From positions 1 to 64,000 of the IMG/VR virus record IMGVR_UViG_3300030330_004093: DNA of 64,000 nucleotides; one strand, 5' to 3'. Shown here piece after piece: positions 56,802 to 64,000 of the stretch. Made by a program: the position numbers and the translations under genes. Positions within the stretch are counted from its first letter, which is position 1. Every line of letters begins with the position of its first letter. The notes under the pieces were generated by a model. The model ran no database searches, was not told the origin of the DNA, and saw only the letters and a list, made by a program, of their open reading frames with translations. This DNA comes from a virus. Taxonomy: Duplodnaviria; Caudoviricetes.

Positions 56802-56996
56802 ATGATAAAAGTAAATGTTAAAAACGGCAATATTGAAAGTGCTTTAAAATTTTTAAAGAGAAAAGTTAGAAACACAAAACAAACTAACGAATTAAGGGAA
56901 AGAAAAACCTACACAAAACCCTCAGAAGAAAGAAGGGAATCAAAAAAGAAATCAATTTATATCGAACAGAAAAGAATAAAGGATGAAGATATTTAA
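56802..56996 (+). CDS. rpsU: Ribosomal protein bS21
   Basis: IKVNVKNGNIESALKFLKRKV...ELRERKTYTKPSEERR; TATATTTG at 56768-56775. Confidence 0.9.
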   Translation: MIKVNVKNGNIESALKFLKRKVRNTKQTNELRERKTYTKPSEERRESKKKSIYIEQKRIKDEDI

Positions 56997-57240
56997 AAAA
57001 AATAAAAAATCAGTTACTCTATTGGATGAAAAATGGAATGTAATTGATGATAATGTCGATTTCAATAATCTACCCAGAATACATGAATTAATCTTTTTAC
57101 CAAAAGAAAATAAATATTATAGAGTAGTTAACATAATTTATAACATGGTAAAACCCATTGAAACATACGTAGTTATAGAAATTTATGGGGATGATTATAA
57201 ATTAATTGAAAAAAATAATGACAAGGGGGTTGACACGTAA
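56983..57240 (+). CDS. Hypothetical protein
   Basis: Overlaps the rpsU end; LLDEKW...PRIHELI...YYRVVNI. Confidence 0.65.
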   Translation: MKIFKKNKKSVTLLDEKWNVIDDNVDFNNLPRIHELIFLPKENKYYRVVNIIYNMVKPIETYVVIEIYGDDYKLIEKNNDKGVDT

Positions 57241-57260
57241 CAAAATTATATGTATATTTG
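57230..57260 (+). promoter_or_regulatory. Promoter TTGACA-N17-TATATTTG driving a non-coding unit
   Basis: No ORF between this promoter and the terminator at 57421-57449. Confidence 0.82.
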
Positions 57261-57272
57261 TATTATAGTATT

Positions 57273-57394
57273 AAAGAAAGGATACAGCAGTCCAAAAACT
57301 AAAATCGGAAAACAACTCCTTTCTGTTACTTCTTATAAAGAAAAGATACAGCAAATTACACACACACAAAGCAAAATGTAAAAATTCTTTTCTG
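57273..57394 (+). ncRNA. Candidate structured ncRNA: two tandem AAAGAAARGA-TACAGCA...TCYTTTCTG units
   Basis: Stems AGAAAGGA/TCCTTTCT (57275-57282 with 57317-57324) and AGAAAAGA/TCTTTTCT (57339-57346 with 57386-57393), with a compensatory G-C to A-U change. Confidence 0.7.
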
Positions 57395-57420
57395 AAACTA
57401 GTTTTTAACGTAGTATAATT

Positions 57421-57449
57421 AATCCCCAGTGATAAGCTGGGGATTTTTA
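57421..57449 (+). terminator. Rho-independent terminator
   Basis: AATCCCCAG-tgataag-CTGGGGATT followed by a T-tract. Confidence 0.88.
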
Positions 57450-57464
57450 TTTAAAAAATTAAAT

Positions 57465-57986
57465 ATGAATAAAGAAAAAAAGTTTCCATCACTATTAATA
57501 ATAGGTAATAAAAGACACGGAAAGGATAGCCTAGCTGAAATACTAGGTGATAAGTTTGGTCTTAAATTCAAATCATCATCACAAGCTTGTGCGGATATTT
57601 TCATTTACGATGAATTAAAAACAAAGTATGGGTATAAGACACCAGAAGAATGTTTTGAAGATAGAGTTAACCATAGAAGGGAGTGGTACGAAATGATTAG
57701 AGATTACAACAAAGACGATAGAAGTAAATTAGCTAAGGAAGTTTTGAAAACCACCGATTGTTATGTTGGTATGAGGGATAGAGAAGAAATAGAAGAATGT
57801 TTAAAAAATAAACTATTTGATTTAGTGATATGGGTTGATGCTTCAGATAGATTACCACTTGAAGATAAGGAATCTTTTAATATAGATAAGTCATGTGCTC
57901 ATATTATTATAGATAATAATGGCACATATGATGAATTTGTCAATAAGAGTATATTATTAGGTAAATTACTAACTGGGACTATCTAA
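57465..57986 (+). CDS. P-loop kinase, deoxynucleoside monophosphate kinase-like
   Basis: LLIIGNKRHGKD; VGMRD..E; IWVDAS.R; IIDNNGT. Confidence 0.75.
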   Translation: MNKEKKFPSLLIIGNKRHGKDSLAEILGDKFGLKFKSSSQACADIFIYDELKTKYGYKTPEECFEDRVNHRREWYEMIRDYNKDDRSKLAKEVLKTTDCYVGMRDREEIEECLKNKLFDLVIWVDASDRLPLEDKESFNIDKSCAHIIIDNNGTYDEFVNKSILLGKLLTGTI

Positions 57987-58016
57987 TATTAAACTATATA
58001 ACTTAATTATTAAAAT

Positions 58017-58048
58017 AACCCTGTAATTGATTACGGGGTTTGTTTTTT
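58017..58048 (+). terminator. Probable terminator
   Basis: AACCCTGTAAT-tg-ATTACGGGGTT followed by a T-rich tail. Confidence 0.72.
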
Positions 58049-58088
58049 ATTTAAATTTTATTATATTTATATACAAAGGTAATTCACT

Positions 58089-58559
58089 ATGAAAATGTTA
58101 GATGTAATAAAGAAAGAATTGGAAGGTAAAAAGTTGCCACCAAATGCAAATAAAATATTTGATATAATTAAAAAGTGTGATGAATTATCACTTAATGTTT
58201 CAAAATTATACACCAAGTTAAGTTTTGAAACAATAGGCGCTATTATACTAGGTGAGACTGATATATCTAAGTACGATTCAATGGTTGAAACTCTAGATGA
58301 TTACTCTACTCAGTATGATAGGGAGTTAAGCTCTGAAATGAAATCGGTTGAGGATAATTATGATATATATGAAGATTTTTTTCACGTTATAGATAACAAC
58401 ACAAGTGATATTATTGCTTGGAGAAAAATAAGTTCTTTATCTGATTTAACAAGAAAGTTAGTAGACCTAACATCAGAAGACCATGATAAATTCATGGGAC
58501 AAGCGAATAAAGATACCGAAATAAGTAACTTTAAAAGGTTTTCATTAGGAAATGGATAA
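58089..58559 (+). CDS. Hypothetical helical protein
   Basis: TATTTAT at 58064-58070. Confidence 0.6.
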   Translation: MKMLDVIKKELEGKKLPPNANKIFDIIKKCDELSLNVSKLYTKLSFETIGAIILGETDISKYDSMVETLDDYSTQYDRELSSEMKSVEDNYDIYEDFFHVIDNNTSDIIAWRKISSLSDLTRKLVDLTSEDHDKFMGQANKDTEISNFKRFSLGNG

Positions 58560-59109
58560 ATCACAAATCAAAATAGCTTTAAGAGAGGGTTTAGAAGAAA
58601 CCATAACCAAAGTATCAATATTTGACTTTGACGGAACCCTTGTGGATTCACCAATACCAGACGGTAGAGATGCTGAGACAAATAACCCAACATCCAAAGA
58701 ATACAAAGAAAATACTGGGCAAGACTGGCCATTCAAAGGTTGGTGGGGTAGAGGCGAAAGCTTAGATATGGAAGCGTTTAATATACCACAAATAAGTTCA
58801 ACAATAGCGGACTATAATGAAGAAAGGTCAAAACCAAATACTTTGGTTGTTATGATGACTGGTAGAATTCCTAAGATTTCTGAACATGTTGAAAAAATAT
58901 TAAATAAATATAACCTTAAATTTGATGATTACATTTATAACAACAAGGGGGCTACATTAGATTTTAAAATTAAAGTACTAGAAGATTACCTTACAATATA
59001 CCCAAATTTAAGGGAAATTGAAATGTGGGAAGACAGGGTTGCGCACACAAAAGCATTCAGAGAATGGGGTGCGAATAAAAATATTGAAATGATTGTTAAT
59101 CAAGTATGA
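58552..59109 (+). CDS. HAD-superfamily phosphatase (Swiss-Army-knife RNA-repair-like), with IKIALREGL leader
   Basis: IFDFDGTLVDSP; GWW; MMTGR; K; MWEDR..H. Confidence 0.82.
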   Translation: MDKSQIKIALREGLEETITKVSIFDFDGTLVDSPIPDGRDAETNNPTSKEYKENTGQDWPFKGWWGRGESLDMEAFNIPQISSTIADYNEERSKPNTLVVMMTGRIPKISEHVEKILNKYNLKFDDYIYNNKGATLDFKIKVLEDYLTIYPNLREIEMWEDRVAHTKAFREWGANKNIEMIVNQV

Positions 59110-61685
59110 AACATTTAATTAAAAAATTATTAAATGAAGAATCTAGAAAAATAACATTACTAGAGGAATTATCTTTATTAATAGAAAAAGAAATATCTGT
59201 AGGTCCAGCATTAAAGAAAAAACTTGGTAATATAAACAAGCCATTTGCTGACAAATTACTAAAATTTTTAACTTCAGATAAAATATCCGATAAGGTCACG
59301 ATAGATACTATAGACTACAATTTAGATGATGACAAAACCATAACTGGTTATTTTAAAGATAGAGAAGGTAAAAGAAAAGCTAGGAAGTTTAAGGTAGGTA
59401 AACTGTTAAAATACTTAGGTGTTAATCCTTCGGAATATAAGGGATACGAAATAGAGGAATTAATATCTTATCTGAAACAAGGTAGTCTAGAGGACTTTAA
59501 GGTGGTTGATGGGGAAGATATATTAAAAGCGTATCATTGTGATAATTATGACGAAGGGGAAACCATGGGTTCTTGTATGCGATATGAAGCTGCACAAACT
59601 TATTTAAAGATGTATGTAGATAACCCAGACGATGTTAAATGCTTAGTCTTACTTAACCCAAACAATAATAAAGTTAGAGGTAGAGCCTTATTATGGCATA
59701 TGGATAACGACAGATGGTTTATGGATAGGGTATACATGATAAATAGTCAATACAGGAACCTATTCAATTTATATAAAGAAAAGAATAATTTTAGTATGAT
59801 ACCTAAAACTGTAACACTAACAAACGGTGGGGAATATGATAAATATCCATACATGGATACTTTTGAATTCTATAGCCCATCCAATGGTGAATTAAGTACA
59901 GAAGATTACCATGATGACTCTATTATGTTAACAGATACGCAAGGTGGTTACTCTGAAGGTGGTGCTTATATTGAGTATGGTGAACACGAAGGAGAAACTA
60001 TCGATGAGGACGATGCTGTTTTTTTATCATACAGAAAACCAAATGAAAATGTGGAAGGATATGCACACGAGGATGACGTAGAAACAATAGATGGAACCGC
60101 ATATCTAAAAGATGACTGTATAGAGTTATACAATGGTGACTTTGCATTTAAATATGACGACTATAGTTATCCTGTTGAATTAACTCACGGCGCATATGAA
60201 GGTGAATATGCTAAATTAGATGACACTGTACAACTAGAAGACGGACAATATGGTAGTGATTCTTATATTACAACAGATGACGACTATATAGAATTAGATA
60301 ATAGTATATACGATACACCTTATGCTTTTACTGATGATACAACACAAACTTATAGTGATAAGATAATACTAAGAGACGATGCTATAACACTTTACGAACC
60401 ACATTACGGCGACTTCAATTATGCTCATCCAGATGAAGCAACTGAAGTAGATATAAAAGACCATGGTTCGGCATGGGTTCTAGATGATGATTTAGATGAG
60501 TTTGAAGAAAATGGTCTTATTGAAGAAAAATTAGAAGCTATTATGGAAAATAAATCTTTAATCAAAAAATTACTAAGAGAAGGTCTCGATAAAGTTAATT
60601 CGTTTGAATCTCTATTAGGTGAAGTAACAAGTAAACTTGATTTCTCATCATTTAAGATGAATGATACACTTAATCCTGAGATATGGGTTGATGAAAATAC
60701 TATTAAACCAGAAATACAAGAAAACCTTATAAAAATAGCTGAAGATTATTATAATAATCTAGAATTAGACATACCAATATTAGATATAACACTTACAGGT
60801 AGTTTAGCCAATTATAATTGGTCAAAATACTCTGATGTTGATTTACATATAATATTTGATGCAAATGAACTTGGGGATAATAAGGACATGGTTAAGGATT
60901 TACTAGATGTAAAGACTAGAGCATGGAATCTTAAGCACAATATAACAGTAAAGGGGTTTGATGTGGAGCTATATCTTCAACCAGAAGACCAACCACATCA
61001 TTCAACAGGTGTTTATTCTCTAATGAACAAAGAATGGGTTGACAAACCAGAAATAGTAAAACCAGAGATTGACAAAGAAACTATAACTAAGAAATACAAT
61101 AACATCATATCAATAGTTAAAGATATCGAAGACGATAAGGATAATCAAAACGTTATTGAAAAGATAGAACAACTAAAGGATAAGATTAAAGACATGAGAA
61201 AGTCTGGTCTTGAAGATAAGGGAGAATATAGTTCCGAAAACATAACCTTTAAATTACTTAGAAGAAATGATATAATGCAAAAACTAGATGATTTATTAGT
61301 TAATGCTTATGACGATGAACACACTATAGTTGAGGTATCTAAGTTCCCAATAGCAGACCCACCAATGTACGGCGACTCTAATTACAAGGATAGAAACGGT
61401 ATTATTGTGGACATGAAACCACAAGACTATTTATATTTGGTACCACATCTAGAACTAGATGATGATTCAGAGGACAATATAGAAGATTTAGCTAGTATGA
61501 TGAGAGATGGTGTTGAAATTGACCCACCTACATTATATTTAGACGGTAATAGGGTGGACAATCATGACGGTAGGCATAGAGTTTACGCCGCTATGAGACT
61601 AGGATTAAATAGAATACCTGTCCTTTTCTTAGACAAAAACAATAATAAACCCCAATTAAAGGGTCTCAAAAAACAACTTGGATGA
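59106..61685 (+). CDS. Multidomain fusion: GSCMRY/RALLW/YPYMDT domain, acidic repeats, Pol-beta-type nucleotidyltransferase, ParB/Srx-like domain
   Basis: LTGSLANYNWSKYSDVDLHI...DVELY; PPTL...HDGRHRVYAA...IPV; internal second leader MENKSLIKKLLREGL at 60543. Confidence 0.8.
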   Translation: MKHLIKKLLNEESRKITLLEELSLLIEKEISVGPALKKKLGNINKPFADKLLKFLTSDKISDKVTIDTIDYNLDDDKTITGYFKDREGKRKARKFKVGKLLKYLGVNPSEYKGYEIEELISYLKQGSLEDFKVVDGEDILKAYHCDNYDEGETMGSCMRYEAAQTYLKMYVDNPDDVKCLVLLNPNNNKVRGRALLWHMDNDRWFMDRVYMINSQYRNLFNLYKEKNNFSMIPKTVTLTNGGEYDKYPYMDTFEFYSPSNGELSTEDYHDDSIMLTDTQGGYSEGGAYIEYGEHEGETIDEDDAVFLSYRKPNENVEGYAHEDDVETIDGTAYLKDDCIELYNGDFAFKYDDYSYPVELTHGAYEGEYAKLDDTVQLEDGQYGSDSYITTDDDYIELDNSIYDTPYAFTDDTTQTYSDKIILRDDAITLYEPHYGDFNYAHPDEATEVDIKDHGSAWVLDDDLDEFEENGLIEEKLEAIMENKSLIKKLLREGLDKVNSFESLLGEVTSKLDFSSFKMNDTLNPEIWVDENTIKPEIQENLIKIAEDYYNNLELDIPILDITLTGSLANYNWSKYSDVDLHIIFDANELGDNKDMVKDLLDVKTRAWNLKHNITVKGFDVELYLQPEDQPHHSTGVYSLMNKEWVDKPEIVKPEIDKETITKKYNNIISIVKDIEDDKDNQNVIEKIEQLKDKIKDMRKSGLEDKGEYSSENITFKLLRRNDIMQKLDDLLVNAYDDEHTIVEVSKFPIADPPMYGDSNYKDRNGIIVDMKPQDYLYLVPHLELDDDSEDNIEDLASMMRDGVEIDPPTLYLDGNRVDNHDGRHRVYAAMRLGLNRIPVLFLDKNNNKPQLKGLKKQLG

Positions 61686-61879
61686 TGAAAAACAAAATAA
61701 AAACACTGTTAAGGGAGGCAACCAATAAGAGTAAAACACAATACCAAATTAGATATATTGACGGACCTATATTTTATAAGAGAAATAACTCTGAAGAAAA
61801 ATGGAAATTTATTACTGATGAAGAATTTGCCAATAATGTGTGTGATGGTGAATTAATAAAATGGGATAAAAAGGATTAA
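61682..61879 (+). CDS. Small protein with IKTLLRE leader
   Basis: ATGA coupling to the previous gene. Confidence 0.6.
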   Translation: MMKNKIKTLLREATNKSKTQYQIRYIDGPIFYKRNNSEEKWKFITDEEFANNVCDGELIKWDKKD

Positions 61880-61884
61880 ATTAA

Positions 61885-62856
61885 ATGAAACAACTATTAA
61901 GAGAAGGATTATTAAGACATTTAAGATTAAACGAAACTATAGCTGGAAATTGCGGGACTCACTATACAAAACAATTTATGTTTGAAGAAGGTGAAGATTT
62001 CGACCCATTTGGACACATAGAACAAGATACAGAAGTAATAACAGAACCTATTGACACTTTACAGGATTGTTTATTAGGATTTTCAAACAGCAACACTAAA
62101 CTTGAGTGGCCATACTTTTCTTTACCCGCTGGTTATACCTGCCCAATGGCTACCGTTTGTAAAAACTTTGCGTCTAAACCAGGTCAAAAGTTTTCAGACG
62201 GAAAGTCTATTAAAAAAGGAAAGGAAGCAGAAATGCTTTGTTACGCAGCTAGGGCGCAAGCTCAATATAAAGCAGTAAAAGAAAAAGTATTTAAGAATAT
62301 GGACTTAATAATGAAGGCCAATAAGGAAGGAGGTTCAGAAGCTATGGCTGAATTGATTCTCAAATCACTTAAGTACCACGGATTGGATAAAGAAAAATTA
62401 TTTAGAATACACGAATCTGGTGATTTCTTTAATAAAGAATATATGCAAGCATGGATAAAGGTAGCCAATACTCTACCTGGGACTTTATTTTATGCGTACA
62501 CAACATCAATACCATTATGGATTGCAAATAAAGGTTCAATACCTAGTAATTTAAAATTGATTGCATCAATGGACAAGAATAACGCTAAATCTATTATAGA
62601 TAATGATTTAAGATATTCATTAGTGGTATACTCACCAGAGCAAGCTAAGGAATTAGGACTTAAGATTGATGTAGACGACTCATTGGCTTGGGGTAGTGAT
62701 GAAAACTTCGCACTATTACTTCATGGTGGTCAACACGCTGGTAGTGATGCTGCAGAAGCACTAAAGAAAAATAAAAAAGCTGGTGTTTATGATAAAGTTA
62801 AACAAGCTTATAAACAAAACAGACAAAGTAAATTAGATAGAATAAGAAAACTATAA
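61885..62856 (+). CDS. Gp88-family (radical-SAM-like) phage protein with MKQLLREGL leader
   Basis: NTKL; FSLPAGYTCP...C...CYA; FRIHESGDFF; FYAYT. Confidence 0.8.
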   Translation: MKQLLREGLLRHLRLNETIAGNCGTHYTKQFMFEEGEDFDPFGHIEQDTEVITEPIDTLQDCLLGFSNSNTKLEWPYFSLPAGYTCPMATVCKNFASKPGQKFSDGKSIKKGKEAEMLCYAARAQAQYKAVKEKVFKNMDLIMKANKEGGSEAMAELILKSLKYHGLDKEKLFRIHESGDFFNKEYMQAWIKVANTLPGTLFYAYTTSIPLWIANKGSIPSNLKLIASMDKNNAKSIIDNDLRYSLVVYSPEQAKELGLKIDVDDSLAWGSDENFALLLHGGQHAGSDAAEALKKNKKAGVYDKVKQAYKQNRQSKLDRIRKL

Positions 62857-62906
62857 AAAAAATAGTATTTTAGTGTAAAATATAATATTTATAATAAAAC
62901 TAAGTT

Positions 62907-63905
62907 ATGAGAAGATTTGATAAAATGTACCACATGAAAAAAGCTAATATTTTAGCTGAAGAAAGATATTATGAATCAAAGAATTCATTAAAAGAAGATT
63001 ACGATTCAATCGAAGAAAACAGAACAAGCATGTCTGAATTTTTTGGAGAAACAACTGATAATGTAGATACGTTATTAAAAATGTTTTCAAAATATCAACC
63101 AGAAAAGGGTTGGTATATGACTGTGGGTTACGTCAATAGTGCAAAATTAGGTATTACCATTAAAAATGAGAACATGCCTGAGTTAGAGAAAATTGCTAGA
63201 GAATTAGGTAATCCAGCATTTATTGATATGGTAGATTCTGACGATTGGAAAACACAATTCGAAAAGGGTAAGAACACAAAAAATCCATTTGCTGCTCAAA
63301 AACCTAGGGGTGGTGACGCTATACCAGCAAAAATGTATACCACAAAGAAGTTTATGCTCCAATGGAAAAATACAAACATAAAACCTGAGAAGGATGCTGC
63401 AGTTAAATCAGTATATGATAAGCACGGACTAGATTGGGAAGAAGGTCAAATAGATAAAGACGATAAAAGAGGGTTAGGTTGGGACCAGATACCTGGCACA
63501 CCGTTCAAACAACACCAAAACACAGGCACTCAGGCGCTAAGTTACTACTCTAAGCAAGATGTTTCAAAAGGCATGGGTGAAACTAAGTACTTCTTGAACT
63601 TCCAAGGGGATATTACTGAATTGAGTAAAGAAGAAGTGAACTTCATATATTCTTTATCACCTAAAAAGGAATCAGGTATACCTAAGAAACTTGCTCATTT
63701 ACCGATAGAGGCTGCAAAAGAAATTGATGCTATTGAGAAGATGTATTCATTTAAAAATTTAGACTTAAGTAAAGTTATGTACATCAACTGTAGTATGAAC
63801 ATAGACGGAGAGACTAAGAAGTTTTCATATATAAACTACAATGTTGTACCTAAAGGGTTAGAACCAGGTGAGTTTAAAGAATTTATAGAAGCCTCAATAA
63901 GCTAA
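62907..63905 (+). CDS. Hypothetical late protein (MRRFDK...ANILAEERY leader)
   Basis: 332-aa ORF ending at a terminator. Confidence 0.7.
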   Translation: MRRFDKMYHMKKANILAEERYYESKNSLKEDYDSIEENRTSMSEFFGETTDNVDTLLKMFSKYQPEKGWYMTVGYVNSAKLGITIKNENMPELEKIARELGNPAFIDMVDSDDWKTQFEKGKNTKNPFAAQKPRGGDAIPAKMYTTKKFMLQWKNTNIKPEKDAAVKSVYDKHGLDWEEGQIDKDDKRGLGWDQIPGTPFKQHQNTGTQALSYYSKQDVSKGMGETKYFLNFQGDITELSKEEVNFIYSLSPKKESGIPKKLAHLPIEAAKEIDAIEKMYSFKNLDLSKVMYINCSMNIDGETKKFSYINYNVVPKGLEPGEFKEFIEASIS

Positions 63906-63926
63906 ATATAACCTAATTAAATTATT

Positions 63927-63958
63927 AAAACCTCAGACGTAAAGTTTGGGGTTTTTTT
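63927..63958 (+). terminator. Rho-independent terminator
   Basis: AAAACCTCAGAC-gtaaa-GTTTGGGGTTTT followed by a T-tract. Confidence 0.82.
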
Positions 63959-63984
63959 ATGTAAAAAGTCATATTTATTAATAT

Positions 63985-64000
63985 ATGAAACAGTTAATTA
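63985..64000 (+). CDS. Start of a truncated ORF (MKQLI...), probably another leader-motif protein
   Basis: TATTTAT at 63972-63978, then ATG AAA CAG TTA ATT. Confidence 0.5.

Noticed and set aside
2540-62468. Numerous 60-190 aa minus-strand ORFs inside long + strand genes (e.g. 5083-5550, 29983-30564, 31983-32465)
   Set aside because: Antisense shadows of strongly biased coding sequence; only 46089-46430, 51271-51927 and 56581-56673 occupy their own space with promoter motifs.
1458-63905. Stop-codon reassignment as in some Bacteroidota megaphages
   Set aside because: Genes are full length in code 11; TAG (34512, 37528) and TGA (1379, 4085) end genes at sensible positions.

Overview
AT-rich (roughly 30% GC by eye), densely coding, almost entirely + strand segment of a large myovirus-like (jumbo/huge) phage genome in the standard genetic code. 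The host is very likely Bacteroidota: there are TAnnTTTG promoters, a Bacteroidota-type sigma and ClpP, SprB repeats, Hc1, bS21 and a Cas13b-type CRISPR repeat. From left to right: (1) the degenerate end of a CRISPR array with 36-bp type VI-B-like repeats (no cas gene in the window), then a tandem-repeat protein; (2) a ~25 kb baseplate/tail module (gp25, gp6/J, Cys-rich proteins with SprB and PA14 domains, tail-collar-like paralogs); (3) RuvC, primase, PD-(D/E)XK exonuclease, SbcD/SbcC and an RpoD-like sigma; (4) a possible lysis cassette, acidic late proteins, an M15 peptidase and Hc1; (5) a DUF2828 (TROVE/vWA-like) gene; (6) a translation/proteostasis cluster (DnaJ, ClpP, tmRNA, FKBP, bS21); (7) a stand-alone promoter-to-terminator unit with two covarying TACAGCA hairpins (candidate novel ncRNA); (8) late enzymes sharing an IKxLLREG leader (HAD, a nucleotidyltransferase-ParB fusion, Gp88). 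All family assignments come from motif recognition by eye; no database searches were run.
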